Source of the DNA: Myxococcota bacterium
Lineage (GTDB): Bacteria > Myxococcota_A > UBA796 > SXON01
Assembly (NCBI GenBank): GCA_040386535.1
Contig: JAZKFH010000042.1
Coordinates: forward strand, 195,935-259,934
Direction of reading: 5' to 3'
DNA length: 64,000 bases
In this document: positions 27,859 to 37,191 of the stretch, piece after piece
Layout: the number at the start of each line of letters is the position of its first letter
Numbering within the stretch: position 1 is the first letter of the stretch
Notes under the pieces: model-generated
The model's database searches: none
Seen by the model: the letters and a program-made list of their open reading frames with translations, nothing else
What the model was told of the DNA's origin: nothing
Made by a program: the position numbers and the translations under genes

Positions 27859-28497
27859 CTACTCCGGCGGGGGTGCGGGGGACAATGGGGAGGCCTCCCC
27901 CCGCCACCCCACCCCCGTGACCACCGGCATCAACGACCACGCCGCCCCGCGCGGCTGCACCTCGAGATCGACCGCGCCCGCCGCCCGGAACAGCGCCACC
28001 GGGTCCCGCGTGAGGTGGCAGCCCCCGGCGAGCCGCTTCCAGACGGGCTCCAGCGCGCGTTGGGTCGCGTGGACCGGCGGCACGCAGGATCGCACGTGCT
28101 CCGCGAACAGGAGCCGCCCGCCGGGCCGCAACACGCGGAGGGCCTCGGCGGCGGCGGCGGCGGGATCGGGGATCGTGCAGAAGACGAACGTGGCGACGAC
28201 GGTGTCGAACGAGGCGTCGGGGAAAGGCAGGGCCTCGGCGCCGCCAGGCGCGATGTCGACCGGGAAGGGCCGCCCACGGGCCCGCTCCCGCGCGCGGCGG
28301 AGCATGTACGGGTCCGGCTCGACCGCGTGGAGCGACGTGATGCCCTGGTACAGCGGCAGGTTCATCCCCGTGCCGATCCCCAGCTCGAGCACACGCCCGC
28401 TGGCGAGCTCGACCACACCGGGCCTGAGCTTGGCGAGCGGGAGCATCAGCACGTCGAGCGTGGCGGCGAGGAACGGGTGGCCTTCGGAGCACGGCAT
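27859..28497 (-). CDS. Class I SAM-dependent methyltransferase
   Basis: 'GRVLELGIGTG', 'LPFPDASFDTVV', 'LRPGG', 'GGCHLTRD'. Confidence 0.9.
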   Translation of the reverse strand: MPCSEGHPFLAATLDVLMLPLAKLRPGVVELASGRVLELGIGTGMNLPLYQGITSLHAVEPDPYMLRRARERARGRPFPVDIAPGGAEALPFPDASFDTVVATFVFCTIPDPAAAAAEALRVLRPGGRLLFAEHVRSCVPPVHATQRALEPVWKRLAGGCHLTRDPVALFRAAGAVDLEVQPRGAAWSLMPVVTGVGWRGEASPLSPAPPPE

Positions 28498-28592
28498 CCA
28501 CGGGCATCTAACCACCGGCCTGGGGCGGCTCACCGCCGAGTGGGAACCGCCGGACGTGGCGGCCTCGCCTGGACTTCAGCTATGTTCGGACG

Positions 28593-29567
28593 ATGCTCCT
28601 CCTCCTCGCGCTCCTCGCCTGCATTCCCCCGCGCAACGACCTCGGCGCCGGGGACGACACCAGCTCCTCCGAAACGGACGCCGATACCGACGCCGATTCG
28701 GACGCCGATTCGGACGCCGACTCCGACTCCGATACGGACGCCGACACCGATTCGGACACCGACGCGGACACGGACACGGACACCGATACGGACACCGACT
28801 CCGATACGGACAGTGACACGGACGCGGACACGTGCCCGGACCGTGACATTCGCTCCGCCGTCGGGAGCGCCGTGGCGACGGGCTCCAACATCGGCGCGGG
28901 CGACGACTTCGACGGGAGCTGCGGCAGCTCGGGCGGCGAGGACGTGGCCGTCACCTGGGAGGCGCCCGCCTCGGGTACCTACACGTTCGACACGATCGGC
29001 TCCACGTACGACACCGTGCTCTACGTGCTCGACGGCACCTGCACCGGCAGCGAGCTCGGGTGTGACGACGACACCGTGGCCCCCCAATCCTACCTGCAGC
29101 TCACGGTGGCCGCCCGCGAGGAGCTGACCCTCGTCATCGACGGCTACGGCGCCGGCTACCAGGGGGACTACCAGCTCAACATCACCTCCGAGGACTCCTC
29201 CGGCACCTGTCCCGACCGGGACCTGCGCTCGGCCACGGGCGCGGTCGCGTCCGGCAGCAGCGTCGGCGCGGACAGTACGTTGTCCGCCTCGTGCGGCTCG
29301 TTCGGGTCCGATGTCACCTTCTCGTGGACCCCCCCGTCCACCGGCACCTATTCCATCAGCACCCTGGGCTCGGACTACGACACCGCGTTGGCCGTGTTCA
29401 CCGGCTGCGCGGGCAGCGAGCTCTCATGCAACGACGACGAGGGGACCGGGACCTACACCACCTCGGAGGCCATCGTGACGTTCACCACCACGGCCCCCGT
29501 GGTCATCGGGGTGGGTGGGTACGGCGGCGCGACGGGCAACTACGTGCTGACCATCACTCGGTTGTGA
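28593..29567 (+). CDS. DTD-repeat lipoprotein with two tandem PPC-like beta domains
   Basis: Lipobox 'LLAC', a DTDADSD linker, and two copies of 'TCPDRD...GTY...T.GS.YDT.L...C.G.EL.C.DD'. Confidence 0.8.
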   Translation: MLLLLALLACIPPRNDLGAGDDTSSSETDADTDADSDADSDADSDSDTDADTDSDTDADTDTDTDTDTDSDTDSDTDADTCPDRDIRSAVGSAVATGSNIGAGDDFDGSCGSSGGEDVAVTWEAPASGTYTFDTIGSTYDTVLYVLDGTCTGSELGCDDDTVAPQSYLQLTVAAREELTLVIDGYGAGYQGDYQLNITSEDSSGTCPDRDLRSATGAVASGSSVGADSTLSASCGSFGSDVTFSWTPPSTGTYSISTLGSDYDTALAVFTGCAGSELSCNDDEGTGTYTTSEAIVTFTTTAPVVIGVGGYGGATGNYVLTITRL

Positions 29568-31035
29568 CACGCCGGCCGATCCCGGTGTCGGTCACCAGCC
29601 AGGTGATCGCGTCGGGATCGGTCTCGCCGCTCGCCTCCTGGAACCCTACGCCGATGTAGCGCGTACGGCCGTCATCCTGCGGGATGGCGTACAGGAAGCT
29701 GTCACGGCTGTACGTGAACAGCGGAAACGAGCCGTCGGCGTTGGTGTACAGCAGCGTGTCACCGTCGAGGGTCACGGTGACGTCGCCCAGATCGAAGTCC
29801 GAGTGGTAGGCCCCGACGTAGCGGCCCCACTCCTCGACCGGGCGCGCGGACGAGACCCTCTCCTGCGGCTCGAGCTCGAGGAACAGGTCGAGCGCGTGCT
29901 CGATGATCCGCTGGGTGGGCTTGCTCCAGGGCACCGGCGGGTCGGTCACGGCGTGGTCGGAATTCACCAGGACGACCACCCCCAGGCCCTCCGACGGCAC
30001 CGCCCACACCATCGCGAAGAAGCCACCGACGCTCCCATGGTGGGTCAGACCCGGAAAGCCCTGGTAGCTCGCGCTCTGGAGCCCGAAGCCGTACCCCGAC
30101 GTGTCCGAGCGGTTGTACCCCTCGGTGGTCATGAGCTCCCAAGCCTCGGGAGACACCCACCCCTCCCCCCCGTTGAGCAACACCCGCACCTGCTGGGCAA
30201 CGTCACGGGCGCTCGCCATCACCCCACCCGGCGGATATCCAACGACACACGCCCGCTCCTCCAGGCCCCGATAGGAGAGGGGGCGCCCGGTGGAAAGGTC
30301 CATCGTGTGGCCGGTCGCGTGTTCGGACCCGTACGCCTCCACCCAATCGTACGTGGCGGTGGTCATGCCCGCGCTGTCGAACAAGCCCTGTGCGAGCGTC
30401 GGGAACGGCGCCCCGGCGCTGCGCTCGGCGGCGAGGCCCAACAGCGCGTAGTTGTTGTTGGAGTAGTGGTACAGCTCGTCGGGTGGGGTCCACATCGCCC
30501 AGTCCTGCGACATCTCGCCGAGCGCCTCCGCGAGATGGGCGGGATCGGGGTCGCAGGTGCGCGAGAGACCCAACGACTCGATCCCGGACGTGTGGCTCAT
30601 GACCTGGCGGAGCGTGATGCCATCGAACGTTCCGGGGGCCGCGAGCGGGATGTCGCCGAGGAGCACGGACGCGGGCGCGTCCAGATCGATGCGGCCCGCC
30701 ACGACCTCCTCCGCCACGAGCGCGCCGGTCACCATCTTGGAGATGGAACCAATTCGGAACAACGTGTCGGGTGTCACCGGGTCGGGTGACACCAGGGTGG
30801 GCATCCCCCACGCGCGCACCCCCAACCCCGCGAGGTGCCGCACCTCGCCGTCCTCGAGCACCGCGAGCGCCACGCCGGGAATGGACCACTCCTCCATCCG
30901 GTCCTCGGTCCACGCGGTCAGCTCGGCAAAACGCGGGTCGACGTCCCCGACCCTCTCGGTGGCGGCCGCGGGGCCTGCCGTTTCGCCGGGGGCCGTGCAG
31001 GCGGAGAGGAGCGCGAGCAGGGAGAGGAGGCGCAT
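29554..31035 (-). CDS. Serine hydrolase, beta-lactamase/class C PBP family lipoprotein
   Basis: SxxK in 'FRIGSISK', YxN in 'YHYSNNNY', 'HHGS', and lipobox 'LSAC'. Confidence 0.9.
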   Translation of the reverse strand: MRLLSLLALLSACTAPGETAGPAAATERVGDVDPRFAELTAWTEDRMEEWSIPGVALAVLEDGEVRHLAGLGVRAWGMPTLVSPDPVTPDTLFRIGSISKMVTGALVAEEVVAGRIDLDAPASVLLGDIPLAAPGTFDGITLRQVMSHTSGIESLGLSRTCDPDPAHLAEALGEMSQDWAMWTPPDELYHYSNNNYALLGLAAERSAGAPFPTLAQGLFDSAGMTTATYDWVEAYGSEHATGHTMDLSTGRPLSYRGLEERACVVGYPPGGVMASARDVAQQVRVLLNGGEGWVSPEAWELMTTEGYNRSDTSGYGFGLQSASYQGFPGLTHHGSVGGFFAMVWAVPSEGLGVVVLVNSDHAVTDPPVPWSKPTQRIIEHALDLFLELEPQERVSSARPVEEWGRYVGAYHSDFDLGDVTVTLDGDTLLYTNADGSFPLFTYSRDSFLYAIPQDDGRTRYIGVGFQEASGETDPDAITWLVTDTGIGRRVTTE

Positions 31036-31100
31036 CGCTCCCGATATGCCGGGTCCGACATGGTCGCCAGCGGGGTACCCTCTCGGCAATCCGGACCTCC

Positions 31101-32351
31101 ATGCGCGCCCTTCCCCTGCTCCTCCTCGCCGCTTCCTGCGCCCCGAAGCTCCCCGTCCCGTCCTCCGCGGATGGCGCCGTGGAGAACCCGCTCCTGCTCT
31201 GGCGCGTCGAGAAGGCGGGACACACCTCCCACCTGCTCGGCACCTGCCACGTCGGCGTCTCCCTCGACTACGCGCTGCCAAAGCCGCACGATGCCGCGCT
31301 CGACCGCGCCCGGGTCGTCTACACCGAGGCCGAGCTGAACATGGACGACATCGGCGGGCTCGTCGGCCTGTTGTGGACCGCGGGCCCCGGGCTCTCCACG
31401 CGCATCTCCGAGGACCGCTGGCGCGCCGTGGCCTACGCCGTGCGGGACACGCTCCCCGCGCCGTTGTTCGAGCACCTCGAGCCCTGGGCGCTCGCGACGA
31501 TCATCCCCATGGCCACGACCACCGGCGGGATGGATGGCTTCACCAAGGGATCGATGGACGTCGAGGTGCAGAAGCGCGCGAAGGCCCGGCGCATCGAGGT
31601 CCGCCACGTCGAGACCATGGCCGAGCAGGCCGCCCTGCTCTCGGCCTGGAACGACACGTTCCTGGAGAGCATCGGCCCCACCACCACGGACACGGGCAGC
31701 GCCGCGAACGACGCGCTCACCGCGCTCTGCATGCGCGCGGACCTGACCACCGCGGACCTGATCCTCGACGCCGACGATCCCATCTCCGAGGCCCTCCTCC
31801 CCGCCCGCAACCGCGCGTGGATGCCGAAGCTCCTCCCCGCGTTGGCCGAGGGCGACGCGTTCGTGGCGGTGGGCGCCGCGCACATGCTCGGCGAGAGCGG
31901 GCTCGTCGCGCTCCTTCAGGCCGAGGGCTTCACCGTCTCCCAGCTCACGACGACCCGCCCGTTCACCACGGACCGGATGCCCCCCTCGTCCGCCGACATC
32001 CCCCCGGCGCCGCCCGTGCCCGCCGGCCTCGACGCGACGATCCGCGCCTTCTCCACCACGATCGGCGCCGCGATGTGCGCCGACGGCCAGCTGATGCGCA
32101 CCTGCTTCGAGCCCGACCTCGCCCGCTGCACGACCCGCCTCACCACCGACGCCGCGTTGTGCGCGCGCCAGCACGCCGACCGCCTCCCCGCCGAGGGCGA
32201 ACCCTTCCCCCCGGCGCTCGCCCAGGAGCTCGCCGCCTGTGCCCCCGTGGGGATGGTGCTCGAGGCCGTGGGGCAGGACCGCGTGGGCGACGGCCCCCTC
32301 TGCGACGTCATCAAGGGCGCGATGAAGGGGGCGATGAACAAGGCCCGATAG
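31101..32351 (+). CDS. TraB/GumN family lipoprotein
   Basis: 'SHLLGTCH', 'VET..EQ', 'RN..W', 'FVAVGAAHMLG..GL..LL...GF.V'. Confidence 0.85.
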   Translation: MRALPLLLLAASCAPKLPVPSSADGAVENPLLLWRVEKAGHTSHLLGTCHVGVSLDYALPKPHDAALDRARVVYTEAELNMDDIGGLVGLLWTAGPGLSTRISEDRWRAVAYAVRDTLPAPLFEHLEPWALATIIPMATTTGGMDGFTKGSMDVEVQKRAKARRIEVRHVETMAEQAALLSAWNDTFLESIGPTTTDTGSAANDALTALCMRADLTTADLILDADDPISEALLPARNRAWMPKLLPALAEGDAFVAVGAAHMLGESGLVALLQAEGFTVSQLTTTRPFTTDRMPPSSADIPPAPPVPAGLDATIRAFSTTIGAAMCADGQLMRTCFEPDLARCTTRLTTDAALCARQHADRLPAEGEPFPPALAQELAACAPVGMVLEAVGQDRVGDGPLCDVIKGAMKGAMNKAR

Positions 32352-32358
32352 GACGCCG

Positions 32359-34206
32359 CTACCCGCCGAACGTGAAGTAGCTGGTGGCCGACCACTCGCT
32401 GGTGCCGGACGAGCCGACCGAGCGCACCATGAACGCGTACTCCGTGTCGTCCACGGTGGGCCAGAAGGTCTTGGCCGCGCTGGTGGTCGTGTAGGTGTAG
32501 TAGGCGTTCCAGTCGGAGCCGTCCCACCAGTAGATGCGCACCTCGTAGGAGCGCGCGCCGGTGTTGGACCACGAGAGCGTCACGGAGTCACTCGTGACGG
32601 TCTCCCAACCCGACGGATCCAAACTGGCGGGGGCGGCGGTGCCCGAGCTGCTCGTGGAGCTGGAGCTGCTGCTGGAGCTGCTGCTGGAGCTGCTGGACGC
32701 CGCCGCGATGGCGACGCTGTTCCAATTCGTGTAGCCCGCGTCGATGTCGGCGCTGTCGGTCGCGGTCGTGTAGCCGCTGGCCGACACGGTGAGCGACACG
32801 GCGCCCGCGGGCACGTCGTCGACCGAGAAGTACCCGCGGGAGTCCGTGGTGGCGCGTTGGCCCGAGGAGACCGACACGGTCGCGCCGGCGACGGGGCTGC
32901 CGGTGTTGTAGATGCTATCCTTGCGCACGAACCCCACCAGATCGCCCACCCCGGCGCTGGAGCTCGACCCGCTGCTGCTGGAGCCCGAGGAGCTCGATCC
33001 CGACGAGCTCGATTCCGAGCCGCTGGAGCTCGATCCCGACGAGCTCGATTCCGAGCCGCTGGAGCTCGACCCGCTCGACGTGAGCGAGTCCATCAGGCGG
33101 TCCCAATCGAAACCGTCGCCCGGGTCGGTGTGACAGTTGCGCCCGCCGCCGCCGGTGTACGCGCATCCCGGCACCTCGCTGTGCCCGATGATGTGGGTGC
33201 GATCGAGTGACACACCCTGCCGCGTGGCGATGTCCCCGATCAACGCGCCCAGCGACGTGTACATCGCGTCCGTGAACCAACGGTCGGGATCCTCGATGTA
33301 CCCTTCGAGCTCGACGGACACGGAGCGGCTGTTGGTTCCCGAGTCCCCGGCGTGCCAGGCCGTGTCCGCCTCGGACACCATCTGCGTGATCTCCCCGTCG
33401 GACGACCGGAGCACGTAGTGGGCGCTCGCCCCGGCCGAGCAGTTCTGGAACCAATTGTAGGTGCCGGAGTAGCTGCCCTGCGCGGTGTGGACCACGATGG
33501 TGTCGATGCTGGAGGCGCCGCGGCTCGCGTCCGTGTAGTTGCACGTGCCGGCGGACACGATGTTGTCGACCAGGGACGAGTCGGCCGAGCCCACCGCGGC
33601 AGGCATCAGGTCCAACATGGGGAGGTCGAGCTCACGCCCGGCCACCGTGATCCACCCGTTGCCGTCGGGATCCTGGGCGCGGAACCCGCGCTCGACGTAG
33701 GCGTACACCTGCTTGGCGTAGGAGCGTTGGGCGCCGCCGTCCTCCGAGCCGGAGTACCACCCGACCACCTCGACCCAATCGTCGATGCGAGCGATGCGGG
33801 TGCCGGTCTCCACCTCGATCTGGTCCGCCCGCCAGCGCAGCTCGCTCGCGGCCACCGCGATGTTGCGCACGGGATCGTGGATCGCGTCCTCCACGCGGTA
33901 GCCGAGGCGCCCGGCCCCGCGGGCGATGTCGGGGCCGTTCGACGGCGAGCCCGCGTTCAGGTCCATCACGCCGTAGCCGCGCATGCCGGCGTGCTCGTGG
34001 TCGCCCTCTTCGGGCTCGTCGAACCGGGTCTGGCTGTAGGCGAGGGCCACGAGCAGGTCCCGCGGCACGTCGTGTTCGGCGGACGCGGCGTCGAACGCTT
34101 CGGCGAGGTTCTGCGGCCCCGATTCGTCCACGGGCGTACACGCCGGCACGACCGGGAGGAGCACGGCGACGAGGGCGAGGCGGAGGAGCGCGCGGGGGGT
34201 GGACAT
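32359..34206 (-). CDS. N-acetylmuramoyl-L-alanine amidase (Amidase_2) with N-terminal lysozyme/SLT-like domain, Ser-rich linkers, carboxypeptidase-regulatory-like and FN3-like domains
   Basis: 'IVVHT', 'SAHY', 'AWHAG', 'ELEG', 'IIGHSEV', 'HTDPG', and poly-Ser linkers. Confidence 0.9.
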   Translation of the reverse strand: MSTPRALLRLALVAVLLPVVPACTPVDESGPQNLAEAFDAASAEHDVPRDLLVALAYSQTRFDEPEEGDHEHAGMRGYGVMDLNAGSPSNGPDIARGAGRLGYRVEDAIHDPVRNIAVAASELRWRADQIEVETGTRIARIDDWVEVVGWYSGSEDGGAQRSYAKQVYAYVERGFRAQDPDGNGWITVAGRELDLPMLDLMPAAVGSADSSLVDNIVSAGTCNYTDASRGASSIDTIVVHTAQGSYSGTYNWFQNCSAGASAHYVLRSSDGEITQMVSEADTAWHAGDSGTNSRSVSVELEGYIEDPDRWFTDAMYTSLGALIGDIATRQGVSLDRTHIIGHSEVPGCAYTGGGGRNCHTDPGDGFDWDRLMDSLTSSGSSSSGSESSSSGSSSSGSESSSSGSSSSGSSSSGSSSSAGVGDLVGFVRKDSIYNTGSPVAGATVSVSSGQRATTDSRGYFSVDDVPAGAVSLTVSASGYTTATDSADIDAGYTNWNSVAIAAASSSSSSSSSSSSSSTSSSGTAAPASLDPSGWETVTSDSVTLSWSNTGARSYEVRIYWWDGSDWNAYYTYTTTSAAKTFWPTVDDTEYAFMVRSVGSSGTSEWSATSYFTFGG

Positions 34207-34350
34207 ACCCCTCGCGTATGCACGAGCCGTACCCATCCGAATTCCCAGCAAATCCGCGATCGACGGGGCGCCTGGGCCCCACGAGTGGGGCACGCGCGCC
34301 CCATGGGCATGCCCCGCCGGGCGGGGCTTCGGTGGGATAGGGCGCGGACC

Positions 34351-35949
34351 ATGTCCGTCGAGCTCAACCCCGTCTCTCGGATCGCCGCCTTCTCCGTCGC
34401 CGCGGCCGGCTTCATCGGCCTCGTCGCCGCCGGCCAGGAGTCGGCGATGGTCATCTTCCGCGACGCGTTCACCGGCTCCCTGCCGCTGGTGTTCATGGCC
34501 GCGGGCGCGCTGGCCATCGGAATGGGCTGGAAGCTGGCGCACCCGCGCGCGTGGGCCCGCCCCTACGCCCTCGGTGCCCTCGTCCTCCTCGCGTTCGGCG
34601 GGGCGCCGTGGGCGGTCTGGCTGATGTTCAACGGGCTCTTCACGGCGCTCTCCGTGTTGGCGCCGGCCTTCGCGTTCCTCGCGCTCGTGCTCCTGCCCAT
34701 CGCGTGGAAGGACATCGGCCGCACGGCCGCGCTCCGGGCGGTCGCCGAGGCGGAGACCACCCGCCTCCTCGCCGAGGCTCAGGCCGAGCTGGTCGCCGCG
34801 GGGGGCGATCCCGCTCCCGCCGAGCGCCGGTGGCTCCTCCCGCTCGTGTACGGCGTCGTGGCCGTGCCGGCGGCGCTCTTCTCGGTGGCGGTGTTCGCCC
34901 CGGAGACCTGGAGCTGGGGCGAGGTCCGCGTGAGTGGGATCCTCGCTGGCCGCAACCCGTTCGCGTCCTCGTTCGTCGCGAGCGCCACCGCCTATCCATA
35001 CGCCGGGAGCGCGCTCGCCTGGTACCTCGACTACGAGGACCGCTGGGTCGACCTCGAGAAGGACGACGTGCTCGCCTTCGCCGACAGCATCGCGGAGGAC
35101 GTGGCGTGGAAGCTGGTCGCCGCGACGGACATCGTCGATCCCGTCGAGGCCGAGCGCGCGCTGTGGGCCGCGGGGCGCCAGGAGGAGCTCCCGCTCTGGA
35201 TCGCGGCCGCGCTGCGCGAGCGGAACGTGTACTACAGCGTCGAGTCGCTCTTCTCCCGCAGCTTCGACCCCGACGTGCACGTGCTCCCCGACAGCGTGCA
35301 CCTCGACTGTGACCAGCTCACCTACCTGTTCCTGCACGTGGCGTGGCGGCTCGACCTCGCCATGGCCGCCGTCCCCTCCCCCATGCACGTGTACCTCCGG
35401 TACGGCGGCCCCGACGGCCAGGCGCCGCTGTGGGTCGAGACCACGCGCTTCCGCCACATCGACGTCGACGGCAACCGCGTGGACTACATGGGCAAGGGCA
35501 TCGGCGAGAGCTTCTACATCGACGGCGACTACTACCCCTCCGGGCGCGGCGGCACCTGGGCTTCGGGCGAGGTCGTCGACGCCGCGGGCCTGTACCAGCC
35601 CTGGACCGAGCGGGACATCCGCGACTCGGTGGTGGCGAACGTGATGCTCGGGCTCGAGCGTCACGACATCGAGGCCCCGTACGAGCAGGAGCTCGAGGCC
35701 AACCTCGCCGGATCGCGCGAGCTCACGCTCGTGTCGAACCTGTACGGGCACCACCTGAACAAGGCCGTCGCGGCGATGAAGGAGGGCAAGCGCGCGGAGG
35801 CGCGGGTCGCGGCCGAGCGGGCCCAGGCGATCCGGGCGAGCCATGGCGCGCTCGTCATCTACACGGACCGGCAGGAGGACCGCATGCTCGACGAGCTGGA
35901 CCTGCTGGAGCCGGGCGTGGCGGACGTGGCGCCGAGCGCGACGGAGTAG
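34351..35949 (+). CDS. Membrane protein with transglutaminase-like C-terminal domain
   Basis: Five N-terminal hydrophobic segments and 'LDCDQ...PMHVYLRY...WVETT' (Cys-His-Glu pattern). Confidence 0.65.
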   Translation: MSVELNPVSRIAAFSVAAAGFIGLVAAGQESAMVIFRDAFTGSLPLVFMAAGALAIGMGWKLAHPRAWARPYALGALVLLAFGGAPWAVWLMFNGLFTALSVLAPAFAFLALVLLPIAWKDIGRTAALRAVAEAETTRLLAEAQAELVAAGGDPAPAERRWLLPLVYGVVAVPAALFSVAVFAPETWSWGEVRVSGILAGRNPFASSFVASATAYPYAGSALAWYLDYEDRWVDLEKDDVLAFADSIAEDVAWKLVAATDIVDPVEAERALWAAGRQEELPLWIAAALRERNVYYSVESLFSRSFDPDVHVLPDSVHLDCDQLTYLFLHVAWRLDLAMAAVPSPMHVYLRYGGPDGQAPLWVETTRFRHIDVDGNRVDYMGKGIGESFYIDGDYYPSGRGGTWASGEVVDAAGLYQPWTERDIRDSVVANVMLGLERHDIEAPYEQELEANLAGSRELTLVSNLYGHHLNKAVAAMKEGKRAEARVAAERAQAIRASHGALVIYTDRQEDRMLDELDLLEPGVADVAPSATE

Positions 35950-35973
35950 CCGGTCGCGACCGGGCAGCCCGCG

Positions 35974-37038
35974 TCAGCGCCCCTCCAGCCGTCGCAGCGC
36001 GTCGGTGATCGCCAGCCGGATCGCCGGGGCCCCGAGGAGGATCCCGCCAGCGTGCCCGCCGCGCACCCACCGGAGCTCGGACCCGCGCCAATGGCTGTGG
36101 AGCGCGCGCACCTGCGCCTCGGGCACGATCTGGTCGTCGGTCGCGCCCACCAGGATCGCCGCGTCGGGCCGCATCGGCAGCGGCAGGCGCGTAGCGGCGA
36201 CCGACGTGAAGAGGTCGGAGAGGCGGGCCTCCGCGTCCGCCCGCGAGGCCGCCGGGAGCGCGCCCCAGGCCACGGCGGTCTTGAGCGCGCCGGTGAGGAA
36301 GCCTGGGGCCGCCGAAGCGCCCGCCGCCGCCGGGACCACGGCGAGGGGGCTCCGGTGCAACGCTGCCACGGTGGCGCTCATGAACCCGCCCAGGCTGTAC
36401 CCGGTGACCGCGATGGAGGAGGCGCCCTCGGCTTCGAGCCACTGGAGCAGCGCCAGCGTCTCGAGGATGGTCGAGCCGTTCATCACGAGCTGATCGAGCA
36501 GCCGGGGGAGCACGAACCCGCGCTGCCCGGGGGCGCGCCGCGAGCCGTAGTAGGGGTTCTCCAGGATGAGCGCGCCGATGCCGGTGGCGACGAGCGGCAG
36601 GGCGAGGCGGCGGCGGCTGGCGTAGCCCTCCTCCCCGGTGGCCGCGAGGAACACGCTGATCGGCACGCCCGCCGGGGATCGCTTGCCGCGCGGCAGCCAG
36701 AGCTCGAAGCGCGCGATGCGGGCGGACTCGGGCAGGTGGTGGACGATGGGGGTGGGGCTCGGCAGCTCCCCGACGAGCCGGACGAACGCGCCGCCCCAAC
36801 CCGCGTCGCGCAGGGTGATGGTCGGCAACATGGGGGTCATGTCGCGGTCGAGCAGGCCGAGGATCTCGGTGATGGCGCCCTCGTCGCCCCAGCCCTCGCC
36901 GTACCAGGGGCGCAAGGCGAGAAAGCGCGCGAGCACACGGTCGGCCGCGACGGCCACGGCCCGCTCGACCCTCCGGCCGGTCGACTCGGCGCCGCCGGTG
37001 GGCGCTTCGGTAGTGAATGTCGCGTCGCGCGCCTCCAC
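35974..37038 (-). CDS. Alpha/beta hydrolase (DUF2048/ABHD18-like)
   Basis: 'LAATGEEGY..RR', 'LENPYYGSR', nucleophile elbow 'TGYSLGG', 'DDQIVP', 'GGH'. Confidence 0.85.
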   Translation of the reverse strand: MEARDATFTTEAPTGGAESTGRRVERAVAVAADRVLARFLALRPWYGEGWGDEGAITEILGLLDRDMTPMLPTITLRDAGWGGAFVRLVGELPSPTPIVHHLPESARIARFELWLPRGKRSPAGVPISVFLAATGEEGYASRRRLALPLVATGIGALILENPYYGSRRAPGQRGFVLPRLLDQLVMNGSTILETLALLQWLEAEGASSIAVTGYSLGGFMSATVAALHRSPLAVVPAAAGASAAPGFLTGALKTAVAWGALPAASRADAEARLSDLFTSVAATRLPLPMRPDAAILVGATDDQIVPEAQVRALHSHWRGSELRWVRGGHAGGILLGAPAIRLAITDALRRLEGR

Positions 37039-37191
37039 CGTTGGTGCCCTCCTCGGACAACGTAGCGACGTTCGCGGCGCTCGTCCTGCCGCACGGCGGC
37101 GCGATGCGTGTCCGCGTCGGCGCGGGCGGCACGGGCCCCTTCCGGTGGAGGCCCGGGGTGTGGGTCCGCGGGCAAGAGGGTACAACCGCGG

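Noticed and set aside
32640..33075. Repeats inside the amidase gene as a separate element
   Set aside because: They simply encode Ser/Gly linkers, including a 36-bp in-frame duplication.
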